Virus record (IMG/VR): IMGVR_UViG_3300009082_000959
Origin: a virus
Taxonomy: Duplodnaviria > Caudoviricetes
Strand: one strand, 5' to 3'
DNA: 64,000 nucleotides
Shown here in pieces: positions 38,783 to 50,100 of this stretch. The translations under genes and the position numbers were made by a program. How positions within the stretch are numbered: position 1 is the first letter of the stretch; the number at the start of each line of letters is the position of its first letter. A model generated the notes under the pieces. That model was not told where the DNA came from, did not search any database, and saw only the letters and a program-made list of their open reading frames with translations.

Positions 38783-40238
38783 TTACCACCAAAGAATTAA
38801 AGTAGCGTATTCTGGCGGCAATGTAAACAAATATATGTCGAAACGATTGTCTGATGCGGCAGAAGACGGCATGACTGACAATTTATATGACGAATTAGAG
38901 CGAGACGCGATTGATGCCAGTGATGTGGGTGTCGAAAGTGACAGAGACTACAACATATACTTTTTTGTAAGCTCCTTAGTGGACGACATACTGCTAGACA
39001 CCTTTAATAAAAAGATTTCACCAGAAGATAAAAAAGAATTGTGTAGGTTTATCCTATCGCACAAGAATGATAAAAATTATAAACTTGACAACTTGACAGA
39101 TTACAGGATACTAATACACAAGTGGTTGTGTGATAGTTTATCAAAAAAGGCTCACCCAAATATATCTGGAAAAAACATAAAAGATCCAACATATTTGATT
39201 GATAAGTGGATAGATGCAATAAAAAAAATATACTCAATAATTCATACCAATAACATCGGACGAAGAGATGCATTTGATTATGTAACCTCAGATTGGGATG
39301 CTGACGAAAGAAGTAAGTTTGATAATTGGATGAAATACTACGAGAGTGGTAATACGGAGAAATATAACGTGAAAACCGCACAATTTAAAAATGTTTTTGG
39401 TGCAGAAATCCCAATACCGAGTACATTACTAAACAGAAGAGAACAATCAAATTCACCTATTCCAATTTCCACATATAAGGCAAATTTAGAACCAACCAAA
39501 AAAGAAATTGATGTGGAAAATGCAAAGCAATTTAAGGCCCAAATGCGTTCTCGGCTGTACTCGTTTAGAAAATTATTAGAAAAATACCACGATATATTGT
39601 CCAAACAGAACATAGACCAAATATACGATGAATTATTTGCGCTAGAAAAAAGTGTTGGAAAATTAAATGTTTATGCATCATTGAGAGATAGGGCCATACT
39701 ATCCGCAAACAGGATAAAAATATTTGGATTCCCAGAGGGAGCAGATATGCTAGAAAAATTTGCCGCCGAGCCGGCAGTTGGTCAAGGAGTAATGAGTGCT
39801 TTGCCGCAGACTGGATCAAAAGAACCAAATTTACCGCCACAAAGTACGTCTATGGCTGGAATTCAAGATGTAATAAATAGACTTGAGTCAATAGGCAAAA
39901 ACCTTAAATCTAGAGATATGATAAGAGAATTAGCTAGCATTGACATATTACTGAACGAGATGGGTATGGCTAGTTACTTCCCAGAATTAAGCGACTCTCA
40001 GGCAAAGCTAATAGAAGCTTATGGTTATGCATCGAACAAGGTTGAGGCAATAATAGCCAAATTACGCGGAAGTGGGCCAAGCAAACCAAAGAAAACCAAA
40101 GAAGAAGCCACACCAGACACTATTAATCCGTTGCCGATTAAGCAATCTCCACCTACACCAGCACAGAAACCGATGGAAACTGGAGAGATAATGGACAAGC
40201 CAGTTGGAAAAGTAGAAAACAGATTACCAATAAAATAA
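38775..40238 (+). CDS. Hypothetical putative virion protein
   Basis: ATG 38775 chosen; several K-x-A motifs; Pro-rich C-terminus. Confidence 0.72.
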   Translation: MNNYHQRIKVAYSGGNVNKYMSKRLSDAAEDGMTDNLYDELERDAIDASDVGVESDRDYNIYFFVSSLVDDILLDTFNKKISPEDKKELCRFILSHKNDKNYKLDNLTDYRILIHKWLCDSLSKKAHPNISGKNIKDPTYLIDKWIDAIKKIYSIIHTNNIGRRDAFDYVTSDWDADERSKFDNWMKYYESGNTEKYNVKTAQFKNVFGAEIPIPSTLLNRREQSNSPIPISTYKANLEPTKKEIDVENAKQFKAQMRSRLYSFRKLLEKYHDILSKQNIDQIYDELFALEKSVGKLNVYASLRDRAILSANRIKIFGFPEGADMLEKFAAEPAVGQGVMSALPQTGSKEPNLPPQSTSMAGIQDVINRLESIGKNLKSRDMIRELASIDILLNEMGMASYFPELSDSQAKLIEAYGYASNKVEAIIAKLRGSGPSKPKKTKEEATPDTINPLPIKQSPPTPAQKPMETGEIMDKPVGKVENRLPIK

Positions 40239-40240
40239 AA

Positions 40241-41008
40241 ATGAATATAAATGAGTTACTTGAGTCAATTGACAAAATATCAAAACTAAGTGGTTTGTCT
40301 AAGCCATTCATGGTTGGCGGCGTTCCAAGAGATCGTTTTTTGGGAAAGCTAGGAAAGCCCTCGGAAATAAAGGATGTTGATATTACAACAGGAAACAATG
40401 ATTCAAGAAAGCTTGCAGAAATATTGCATAAGAAATTTCCCAAAAGCACGTATAGGGAATACGATGACGGCCATATTTCATTAGATATATTTGGATTACA
40501 CATAGATTTCTCAAGTAATTTTGTTGCCCCTGGGGTATCCGAAGAATTGGCTAAAGCCGGAGTTACAGGTATATCACCAATGTTGCTTGAGGTTTATAGT
40601 CGAGATTTTACAATTAATACTCTGCTAGAGGATTTAGCTTTCTCAGGAATCTATGATTTAACAAAAGAGGGCATAAAGGACTTAAAAACCGGTGTAGTAA
40701 GGTGCCCAATAGATCCAGAAATAACAATAGGTGTTGATCCACGAAGAATATTGCGAGCAATTAAATTTTCAATAAAATATGGGTTTACAATTGAAGAAAA
40801 TCTTAAAAATGCTATTATGAATAATAGAAAAAAACTTCAATCTCTTCCTAGAAAATTTGTACAGGACAAAATAAGTGAAATTGTTACGCTCGATAGTGAT
40901 TTGGGAATCGATGAATTAATAAAATATAAAATTTTACCACTAGTTCCTTTATCAAAAACAGTTTCAGATATTTTAATACAAAAAAGAAAAATGGTTCACG
41001 CATTATAA
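40241..41008 (+). CDS. Class II nucleotidyltransferase (CCA/poly(A) polymerase family), divergent
   Basis: VGGVPRD, DVD catalytic pair, RDFTIN, DPRRILRAIKF; templating motif reads LEVYSRD instead of EDxxRRD. Confidence 0.88.
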   Translation: MNINELLESIDKISKLSGLSKPFMVGGVPRDRFLGKLGKPSEIKDVDITTGNNDSRKLAEILHKKFPKSTYREYDDGHISLDIFGLHIDFSSNFVAPGVSEELAKAGVTGISPMLLEVYSRDFTINTLLEDLAFSGIYDLTKEGIKDLKTGVVRCPIDPEITIGVDPRRILRAIKFSIKYGFTIEENLKNAIMNNRKKLQSLPRKFVQDKISEIVTLDSDLGIDELIKYKILPLVPLSKTVSDILIQKRKMVHAL

Positions 41009-41268
41009 TGGAAAAAGAATCTCAAGTCACGGCATTGCAGAATTTTCAAACACTAGAGCAAACACTGCTAAAGATCGACTCCTTGATGAAAGATTTTCAG
41101 ATAAATAGAGATATTATAAAAAACCTAATGTCACAACTCAAAGTTCAGGTTCAACAATTGGAAAAAATAAGAAACCAAGAACCGGGCATTGGAGCAACAC
41201 AAAGTGGCGCTGACGACGGAAAACACCACTCATTTTGGAGAAAAAATTTAGATTATGGCGTCAGATAA
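41008..41268 (+). CDS. Hypothetical coiled-coil protein
   Basis: TAATG coupling. Confidence 0.65.
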   Translation: MEKESQVTALQNFQTLEQTLLKIDSLMKDFQINRDIIKNLMSQLKVQVQQLEKIRNQEPGIGATQSGADDGKHHSFWRKNLDYGVR

Positions 41269-41938
41269 TATTACAAAAAAATGCATGATACGTGGAAACG
41301 GAGCATCTGCTTGTCCGTTTGGCCTACCCGCTATAGAGGCTTGTAAGTGTGCAGGAAATTGTGTTGATAGAATGGCTCCGGTCGACCAAGCAAATGAGCA
41401 GGAGACAGAGAGACTGGCACGTGCAAACAGAATAGTCTATGCATATTGTAAAGAAAAATGTAATTGCAAATATGCAGACAAAATAATTGAATCCAAGGAA
41501 AAGGTTGATTGTGATTTTGGTGATACTGGCGCTGGCCAACGAACACCATCATTTAGGGGAAGTCCGCTATACCCGCAAACATTTCATGGCATAGGTTTGG
41601 ATGGATTATATGGTTATCCACTGGGATATTACTCAGATAATAATGAAAGCAGAAATATGTTTTTTGGGTTATTTAGTTTAATCGGAACACACACAATACA
41701 AGAATTGGTTAAAGTTGGAGACCAATACGATAAGTCAGGAGAGCTAGAGAAAGCAAATATAGTTGATGATTTGTTAGTAAAATTGAAAGGAATAAGAGAT
41801 AATAATAGGGAATCGTTTGATACAATTGAATCATATTTAGAAGAATTTAGAAAAAAATACGATAGAGCCAGGTCTGACACCGGATTGTTGTGGGACTTGT
41901 CGCAAAAATGGTACGGCGCCCGACAATCTGCAAAATAA
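41255..41938 (+). CDS. Cys-rich hypothetical protein with helical tag
   Basis: Nine Cys in the N-terminal half; ELVKVGDQYDKSGELEKANIVD. Confidence 0.75.
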   Translation: MASDNITKKCMIRGNGASACPFGLPAIEACKCAGNCVDRMAPVDQANEQETERLARANRIVYAYCKEKCNCKYADKIIESKEKVDCDFGDTGAGQRTPSFRGSPLYPQTFHGIGLDGLYGYPLGYYSDNNESRNMFFGLFSLIGTHTIQELVKVGDQYDKSGELEKANIVDDLLVKLKGIRDNNRESFDTIESYLEEFRKKYDRARSDTGLLWDLSQKWYGARQSAK

Positions 41939-41952
41939 TGGAGGATTAGACA

Positions 41953-42897
41953 ATGCCAGAATTTTTAGGAGATCAAGTGTTTGTTGATGAGGACGATGTT
42001 TTGCTAGGACAGCAAGACCAAGATAATGATATTTTCGTTGACGAAGACTTCGTCTTTGATGATTTAATGGTAGAGGAAGATCGACCTGGCGATGATGAAG
42101 TTGTGGTTGAGGACGAGCACAGGGACGTAATTCCAGGGTCAGACTCTGTTTTTGTTGATGAAGCTGACGACAATATTGTCGAAGAAAAGGCAAAAGATTG
42201 GTCACATGATAAGGATCACTCTCAATTTATAGCGTATATGAAGGAAAAACTCACAAAGATACCACGACACTCAGGAGAGACGGTGCCCGGTTGTGAGAGA
42301 GCTAAGGCTTATTTAAAGTCATTGGATTCAGAAATAAGCTCGGCCATGAGAAGCGATCTTGATGGCGCAATAGACGAAACAGATATAGATAATATTAGAA
42401 AGCGCATTGAGGACGACTGTGATAGGCTTGATAAACAAATAAAGAAATTGCGAGGAACCAAGAGAGCCAGTATTGATGTTAAGTTGGTTTCAGATGGCCA
42501 TTGCAGTGTGTGCAATTCGAATGTTCCCGTGTGGCACGATGTATCTAGTGATAAAACTATCTGTATGTCTTGTAATGCCTCCAACAAGCAAGAAGATAAT
42601 GAAACTCTGGAAAAAACCGCAGGGACTCCCGTTTTGAATGTATATGTTTCTGCCTTCGAGCGCGCAGTAGTTGGTACCATAATAAATTCTGCCGTTTCTG
42701 CCGGGAAAAATATCGAAGAAACATATTCGCGCATGAAGGGAAAATACAATTTTACTCCGCGTGAAGAACTGGCTATCATACAGCTTATCGCCGACTACGG
42801 ATATCCGGTTGGGTTATTGGATCGTGCAAGTATTAATGAAGATTCAGACCCATCTTCTGGTGAAAGCGCCGAGTGGATTACAAATTATAATGCCTAA
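41953..42897 (+). CDS. Hypothetical protein with acidic N-terminus and zinc ribbon
   Basis: GGAGGA RBS; D/E-rich FVDE repeats; CSVC...CMSC; KRAS and LEKTAG motifs. Confidence 0.78.
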   Translation: MPEFLGDQVFVDEDDVLLGQQDQDNDIFVDEDFVFDDLMVEEDRPGDDEVVVEDEHRDVIPGSDSVFVDEADDNIVEEKAKDWSHDKDHSQFIAYMKEKLTKIPRHSGETVPGCERAKAYLKSLDSEISSAMRSDLDGAIDETDIDNIRKRIEDDCDRLDKQIKKLRGTKRASIDVKLVSDGHCSVCNSNVPVWHDVSSDKTICMSCNASNKQEDNETLEKTAGTPVLNVYVSAFERAVVGTIINSAVSAGKNIEETYSRMKGKYNFTPREELAIIQLIADYGYPVGLLDRASINEDSDPSSGESAEWITNYNA

Positions 42898-43999
42898 ATA
42901 TAACGGCATTGATATCGCAAATAGTATAGCTCACGAGAGGGGCGGACTATGTTTGTCTGAAAATTATACAGACTACAAGACAAAAATGTTGTGGGAGTGT
43001 GACAAGAAACACCGGTGGAATGCAAATTTAGCACAAGTAAAAACATTTAAAAAATGGTGTCCAAAGTGCGCAAAAATATCTGGAGCATCTTCTAGAAAAC
43101 TTGATGGTATAAAAGAAGCAAACCAAATTGCATTAGAAAAAAATGGCAAATGTTTGTCTAGTGAGTATATTAATATAGATAGCAAACTTGATTGGGAATG
43201 CCAACATGGTCATATTTGGAAGGCATCTTTATATGGCATTAAATCACAAAAAACATGGTGTCCTGTTTGTGCTGGTATATTAAAATTAGATGGACTTAAT
43301 GTTGCAAGAAAACTAGCAACCGATCATGGCGGAGTTTGTATGTCAGCAGACTACATAAACAACAAAACAAATATGATTTGGAAGTGTGGAAGAGGACATG
43401 TTTGGGAGGCTACGCTGAATGCAGTAAAAACAGCTAATCATTGGTGTAGAAAATGTTATGAGTTAGATACACTCCCAACACAGAAAAAGCTAAAAAATGG
43501 ACTAGAAATAGCACAACAACTAGCCAAGGCACATAGTGGAGAATGTTTATCAAACGAATATAAGCGTTCAGATAAAAAACTTTTATGGAGATGCAAAAAC
43601 AACCACCAATGGTGTGCATCTCTTAGCCATGTAAGATTCAGTAATTCATGGTGCCCGGATTGTGCACAAATAAATGGAGCGAGAGTACGAAACAACAGAT
43701 ATACAATAAAACACTGGAAAACAAACAAAGAATTGGTGTGTCAGGGTAGTTGGGAAAAACTTGTTGTTGAATATTTAAATAAAAATAATATAAATTTTAG
43801 ATGGCAACCGCGTTCATTTACTATGCCTAATGGGAAAAAATATTATCCTGATTTATATTTATTTGGAATAAAAACATGGATCGAAATAAAAGGGTATTTT
43901 TGGGGAGAATCAGAGAAAAAATGGAATTGGTTTTCGAGCACCAAGACTAATTCAGAACTGTGGAATAAAGATAAACTTAAAAAACTTGGAATTTTATAA
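42890..43999 (+). CDS. Zinc-ribbon repeat PD-(D/E)XK endonuclease (probable homing endonuclease)
   Basis: Four C-[LM]-S...W.C...H.W...WC..C repeats, then E...YYPDLY...IEIKG; ATG 42890 preferred over 42761. Confidence 0.8.
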   Translation: MPKYNGIDIANSIAHERGGLCLSENYTDYKTKMLWECDKKHRWNANLAQVKTFKKWCPKCAKISGASSRKLDGIKEANQIALEKNGKCLSSEYINIDSKLDWECQHGHIWKASLYGIKSQKTWCPVCAGILKLDGLNVARKLATDHGGVCMSADYINNKTNMIWKCGRGHVWEATLNAVKTANHWCRKCYELDTLPTQKKLKNGLEIAQQLAKAHSGECLSNEYKRSDKKLLWRCKNNHQWCASLSHVRFSNSWCPDCAQINGARVRNNRYTIKHWKTNKELVCQGSWEKLVVEYLNKNNINFRWQPRSFTMPNGKKYYPDLYLFGIKTWIEIKGYFWGESEKKWNWFSSTKTNSELWNKDKLKKLGIL

Positions 44000-44010
44000 T
44001 AGGAAACACT

Positions 44011-44625
44011 ATGTCTGAGATATCTCGTTCTTTAATTTATGCTCGCCCAGAAAGAGGGCCGGATTGGTTTAATGATTTTTTGCTCTCTTTTGCGGAACAA
44101 AAAGATTCAACACAGGACATCCTTAATGCAATTCACAATGGGCATCAGACTGTATCAAGCGTAGTACAAGGTTATCGTGAGCAAGTAGGGCTAGACATTA
44201 TAGAATCTGCTGATGACTGCGAGGACAGTGCAATTAAAAATGCAAATGTCAAACACAAACCATTATCTGTCAGGGAAATTAGACTCACATCATCGTTTGT
44301 TCCTCTTTCTATTAGACATGCTCAAGAAGAATCATCTGTAAGTAAAATTAAGGCACAACCAGACTTAGTTGCTGCCCTCGAAAGTTTATGTCGTCATACT
44401 GGTGGAACTATAAAATTCCCATCCTTGATTAATTTTTTAAGGAAGAGGATGGGTAATGATATAAAATTCAATGATGATGAACTTAAAGAATATTTGACTG
44501 AAATAAAGAATAGATATTTGGACGCACAAGTATCCCACCAAAGCCAAGATTACGTTGGTTTGGTTGGCGTTACAAATGAAGATTATGATGACGATGTAGC
44601 GGAATATACTCGCAATGGCAGATAA
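44011..44625 (+). CDS. Hypothetical putative virion protein
   Basis: Directly upstream of terL; PLSVRE and PLSIRHA motifs. Confidence 0.72.
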   Translation: MSEISRSLIYARPERGPDWFNDFLLSFAEQKDSTQDILNAIHNGHQTVSSVVQGYREQVGLDIIESADDCEDSAIKNANVKHKPLSVREIRLTSSFVPLSIRHAQEESSVSKIKAQPDLVAALESLCRHTGGTIKFPSLINFLRKRMGNDIKFNDDELKEYLTEIKNRYLDAQVSHQSQDYVGLVGVTNEDYDDDVAEYTRNGR

Positions 44626-44627
44626 TT

Positions 44628-46502
44628 ATGTCAGCAAACAAGTTATTTACAACGGCAGAACAATGGTTTGAAGACCTAAAAAAAGAAGTCTTAAAGATAG
44701 ACCCAGTGTCGTTTGCTGAAAACTATCTTGTCGTAGACGGAAAACCACTAAAACTTGGCGGCGGGACCGGCTGGAAATACCTTACTGATATTTACAGGTA
44801 CATGGCAACGAAAGCCATGGAAGAAGATGGGAAACCCGTAGTATGTGTTAAGGGTCGTCAGGTAGGCGCAACAACTGCCGCCACTGCACTTGAACTTTTT
44901 TTTTGCACCAGCGGGCTATACGGAACATCTCCAAATAAACCACCAATAAGACTTCTTCATTGTTTTCCTGCACTAGCTCTTGTGCAAAAATTCGCAAAAG
45001 ATAAATTAAGTACAATGATGAGAACATCAAAGGATAATTATATCCTTAATCATTCTCTTGGCTACGACGCTGAATCAAAGAAAAAGAGAATTGATGTTCC
45101 AGAAGATACTCTCACAGAAAAACAATTCACCAATGAAAATAGGCTTTGGGTTGATTCCAACGCCAATGATGCTCAAAGACTTCATGGTATGTCTTTGGAT
45201 GGTATTTTCTATGATGAGGTTCAGAGAATGAACCAAGATGACATAGGAAATAGCAAAAGAACCCTAACATCTGCTCGATATGGGCCCCGCGGACAAGGAA
45301 TCCAGATGTATTTTGGCACTCCTTTGCAGCGCGGTTCAAATTTTCACAAAATGTGGGAATCCTCTGACAAAAGATATTATCATCTTGGGTGTGAAAATTG
45401 TGGTCATTATTTTATGCTATATTCTCCTGGGAATGATGATTGGGAGAAAATATGGCTATATGCTAATGTTGTGGCTTGTCCAAAGTGTCACCACGAACAG
45501 GATAAAGTTGATGCAATAGAGCGCGGTAAATGGATTCCAATGCAACCAGTTCTGCCAGACGGAAAGGAACCACAGTATGTTGGATTTCATTTTAATCAAT
45601 TGCTGATACCAAATTTTCATAAAGAAACGGTCATTAAAGAAAAACCAGGAATACATCCAACAAACTCAGAGCGCATTTGGCAAAACGAAATATTAGGAGA
45701 GTTTTACAGTGGTGAAGATTTGCCAATGTCGGAAGAAGAAATATATAAGTATTGTAGAGATATAGACAGAAGCATTTCATTTGGAGGCCCAGGCACATCC
45801 ATAAAAAGAGTGCAAAGCAACAAGATTTATTCTTCGAGTAAAATTCCCACTTTTTTGGGCATCGACTGGGGTGGTAAAATAGACGATCCAAATTCCAAGA
45901 TAGGAAAATCGTTTTCTTGTATGGCAATTATATCTGTTGATAAGGATGCGGTAGTGAGAATAGAGAATGCATTTAAACTAAAAAAGAATGATTTGCAACA
46001 CAAAAAAGATGTAGTAAGGGAAATGTTCAGAAGATTTGATATCAATTGCGCTGTCGCAGACTTAGGTCATGGTAATGATATAGTTCCAGAGCTTCAGGGG
46101 GAATTTGGAAACAGGTTAATAGGAAGCATAAGCAGTGGTAGTCTAACTAATCCAACGAAATATGACCCAGAGGAACTAAGACTGATTATAAATCATCACG
46201 TATTACTGGAAGATTTATTCGCGCATATGAGAAAGGGTAAAGTATTATTTCCATGGAAAAGTTATGAGCAAATTCAGTGGCTTATAGAGCACTGCTGTTC
46301 AATGGAAAAAGAAATACACACAGTTCAGGGTCGAGTCATATCAAGATTTGTAAAGGGTACCGGACCCAACGACGGTCTTATGGCTCTCCTATATGCCTAT
46401 TTGGCGTATAAATTTTATCTAACGCAAGGGTTTACGATAAAGGCCCACCAACTAAATGCAAAAAGTGCCGGACCAATATTGGCTTATTTGCCAAGTTTTT
46501 AA
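44628..46502 (+). CDS. terL: Terminase large subunit
   Basis: KGRQVGATT Walker A variant, IFYDE Walker B, FGTP, CENC...CPKC, nuclease GIDWG. Confidence 0.9.
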   Translation: MSANKLFTTAEQWFEDLKKEVLKIDPVSFAENYLVVDGKPLKLGGGTGWKYLTDIYRYMATKAMEEDGKPVVCVKGRQVGATTAATALELFFCTSGLYGTSPNKPPIRLLHCFPALALVQKFAKDKLSTMMRTSKDNYILNHSLGYDAESKKKRIDVPEDTLTEKQFTNENRLWVDSNANDAQRLHGMSLDGIFYDEVQRMNQDDIGNSKRTLTSARYGPRGQGIQMYFGTPLQRGSNFHKMWESSDKRYYHLGCENCGHYFMLYSPGNDDWEKIWLYANVVACPKCHHEQDKVDAIERGKWIPMQPVLPDGKEPQYVGFHFNQLLIPNFHKETVIKEKPGIHPTNSERIWQNEILGEFYSGEDLPMSEEEIYKYCRDIDRSISFGGPGTSIKRVQSNKIYSSSKIPTFLGIDWGGKIDDPNSKIGKSFSCMAIISVDKDAVVRIENAFKLKKNDLQHKKDVVREMFRRFDINCAVADLGHGNDIVPELQGEFGNRLIGSISSGSLTNPTKYDPEELRLIINHHVLLEDLFAHMRKGKVLFPWKSYEQIQWLIEHCCSMEKEIHTVQGRVISRFVKGTGPNDGLMALLYAYLAYKFYLTQGFTIKAHQLNAKSAGPILAYLPSF

Positions 46503-46514
46503 TAAAGAGGTTTT

Positions 46515-47180
46515 ATGAATAAAGTTTGTGGGCACTGCAAAGAAAAAAAGCAAGAATTTGAATTTGGAAAAGATAAATCAAGCAGCGACGGCTTGAAGTG
46601 TTTTTGTAAAAGTTGTATTAAACAATATTATATTAACAATAAAAGCAAAATTTCTGTTGCACAAAAACTCTATAGAGAAAAGAATAAAAACAAAATAGCG
46701 GATAAGAAAAAGCAATGGTGCGAAAAAAACAAAGACCGCGTGTTGGAGCATGCAAAACAATATTACGCAGACAACAAAAATGAAATTTTAGTGCAGAAAA
46801 AACATTATTATGAAGAAAATAAAACCGAAATTATTTATAAAAAGAAAAATTACCAAAGCAAAAGATTAAAAACTGACATTAATTTTAAAATAACTTGTGG
46901 TTTAAGGTCTCGGCTACATATAGCACTAAAAAATAATTATAAATCAGGTTCTGCTGTACGTGACTTAGGATGCACTATACCAGAATTAAAACTTCACCTC
47001 GAATCCAATTTTCAATCAGGAATGACTTGGGAAAATTACGGAGAGTGGCATATAGATCACATTTTGCCTCTTTCTAAATTTGATTTAACTGACAAAACAC
47101 AATTGCTTAAAGCCTGTCATTATACTAATCTGCAACCGCTTTGGGCTAAAGATAATTTAAAGAAATCGAATAAAATATAG
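46515..47180 (+). CDS. HNH homing endonuclease with 15-aa repeats
   Basis: CGHC...CKSC, about five repeats, WHIDHILP...NLQPLWAKDN; lies between terL and portal. Confidence 0.88.
   Translation: MNKVCGHCKEKKQEFEFGKDKSSSDGLKCFCKSCIKQYYINNKSKISVAQKLYREKNKNKIADKKKQWCEKNKDRVLEHAKQYYADNKNEILVQKKHYYEENKTEIIYKKKNYQSKRLKTDINFKITCGLRSRLHIALKNNYKSGSAVRDLGCTIPELKLHLESNFQSGMTWENYGEWHIDHILPLSKFDLTDKTQLLKACHYTNLQPLWAKDNLKKSNKI
47046..47104 (+). repeat. 59-nt perfect direct repeat; second copy at 52047-52105
   Basis: TGGCATATAGATCACATTTTGCC...GACAAAACACAATT in the two HNH genes flanking the portal. Confidence 0.88.
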
Positions 47181-47192
47181 GAAACAAAATAA

Positions 47193-50100
47193 ATGGAAAT
47201 ACGAAGAGGTCCATGGAAACCTGCTACAACCAATAAAGTAGCAACAGTAAAATCCAGTAGGTTCGGTGCGCGTCCAGCAACTGTTCTTAGTCCTGGTGTA
47301 TCAAATTCAGAGCACCATTTGGCTAATCGGCAGGCAGATACTGGCGCTATTCCCGAAAAAGTGTCAGAGTTTAGACAGGCAGAAATAATTAGAGCGACAG
47401 GATCCTCAAACAACCAAATCAAAGAGTCGCCTGCTCCATTATTATTATATAGTAATTCGTTCAAAAAATCTCAAGAAATAAAAGAAAATTTCCTGAGAAA
47501 AAGTGCCGCGTCTGTGACTTCTGGTGGATATAGTTCTGCTGGCGGCGGAACAACCATACAGGCACCAGAAATATATTCTCCACTATTTCAAATTGCAAAC
47601 CTACAGCTTCCGCGCGAAAGAATAACAATGAATGCGTGGAATAGAAATTTTTATGATACACATCCATTGGTTCACAACTGCATTAATTTGCACGCAACTT
47701 ATCCAATTAATAAAATAAACATTAAGTGCAAAGATGGCAAAATAGAACAATTTTTTAAGGATATGGCAGAGAACATAGACTTAATAGGTGTTTTGCAGGG
47801 AATGGCACTTGAGATTTTTAAGATTGGTGAGTGTTTCCCCTATGCCGAGTTGGATGAAAGAACTGGTGCTTGGAAAAGTATCGTAATTCAAAACCCAGAC
47901 TACATCCACATAAAAACATCTGTATTGGGAGGTGATCCAGTAATATCACTATCACCAGATGCGGCACTAAAACGATTGGTTCAAAGTAATAATCCAGCAG
48001 ACATACAATTAAGAAGCCAAATAGACGATGAAATTCTATATCACATTCGTAAGGGAAACAACATTCCTTTGGATAATTTTCACATAAGTCATTTGGCCCT
48101 TAAATCAGCTCCCTACGATGTGCATGGAACATCTCCAATAGTTACTGTCTACAAAGATCTTATGCTGTATGACAAACTTAGGGAGTGTTATTCTTCCGAT
48201 ACAGAAGTTTTGACTGATTCTGGTTTTATGAATGGTCTTGAATTGTCATTAAAGTATAAGAACAGTAATCAAAGCGATTTGCCATCTATTGCTTGTTTTA
48301 ATTCAGAAACAGAGATGGTTGAGCATCATAAACCAATAAAAACACATATATCAGAATATAATGGAAATATGTATAGGTTTAAGGGTAAAAAAGTAGATAT
48401 TCTCGTTACACCAGAGCATCGTATGTGGGTCAATAAGAACAAAAAGACTGGTTGGTCTGGATGGCATTTTGAACAAGCAAAGGATGTTAGCCCGTCCTAC
48501 TGGTACAAGTTTAGATGCCACGCAAAATACAATGAAGGCGAAAAGGTTGAATTTATTGATGTTCTTGGTAAAAAAATACCATCGGAACTTTACATGAAGG
48601 TTTTGGGACACATAATTTCGGAAGGATGTGTTTATCAAAGTTATAAAAACGGAAGATATGATAATAATGTTTCTATATGTCAAAATATAGAATCTAAATA
48701 TCAACAAAATATGAGAAATAATTTTAAGCAGTTTGCTGAATTATTGGGGAAAAATCTCGTAGAAAATACTAAGGTGGTTGGGTCTGGGTTTAGTGCACAT
48801 TCTCCAAAAAATAAGTGGGAAGCATTAGTGAGTGGTAAGGATTTAGTAAATTACTTCAAAAAAGAAATTGGAACAAATGATGTTTGTAATTCCGGAACCA
48901 AAAGAATTCCTAGGTGGATATTTGGACTACATTCTGATTTGTTAAAGTGTTTGTTGGAATCATTAATGGAGGGCGACGGGCATTTTTCAAGTAGTTTGTA
49001 TAATACAACATCAAAAGGCTTTCGTTATGACACTGGCTCAAAACAACTAGCAGATGATGTATATGAGTTAGTCTATCGCCTTGGATTTGTTCCGTTATTG
49101 CGAACAGTAGATAGGACTGGAGAAAATACTGGGAAAAATTTATTAGAATACTCTGTCTCTTGGTCAAACACACATTATGGCCGTGAGCCGCGTGTGTATG
49201 GAAAATCAGATTCAAAGCATCACGGTGCCCATATTGGTCAAACAGATTATGATGGTTTAGTTTGGTGCTTCGAAGTTCCTACTGGATTATTTATAACACG
49301 CAGAAATGGCAAAATAACTATTCAGGGAAACTCTAAATATGCACAGGCTGATAGCCTTGTAAATCCAATTACACTAATAAAAGTTGGTGGGGCTGGAGAA
49401 GGAGAATACAAAGCAACCGGTGATGACTTGGAGAAATGGCGTCAAATAATGGAGTGTCATGATGAAGAGACCGAGGTATTGACTGACCACGGTTTTAAGA
49501 AGTTTTTTGATGCAATTGATTACACAAGGAGCGATGATGTTGCTGTTTACACTGCATCACCAAAGACTGGAATAAAAATAGCTTGTTTTAATAATGATAC
49601 AAAACAACTTGAGTATCATATTCCATCCAGAGCTACTTTATATGATTATTCTGGAGAAATGTATCATTTCAGTGGCGGAAAATTAGATATCAAAGTTACA
49701 CCCAATCACAGAATGCTTGTTACAAGAAAACTAAAGAAAGGTTGGTCTAATAGTGAGATAATTACTGCTGAAAACCTTTCACTGGGGACACACTATAGGT
49801 TTAGGTCAGTCGCAAAATTCAACGGTGAAGAAAAAGAATCAATTAATGTTTGTGGGAAAAGTATAAAAACTGATGATTATTTGGAATTTTTGGGAAATGT
49901 TATAAGTGAGGGATATGTTTGTAAGATAAATGACAAGTATTATAATAGCATAACATTATATCAAGAAAATTGTTCTCCAGAAAAAAATAGTATGGAAACC
50001 AATTTAGAAAAAATAGCAAATTGTTTTGGGAAAACCATACAATCAAAAACAATTGATAATAGCCATACTCCATTTTCCGGCACAAATACAAGCACGATGT

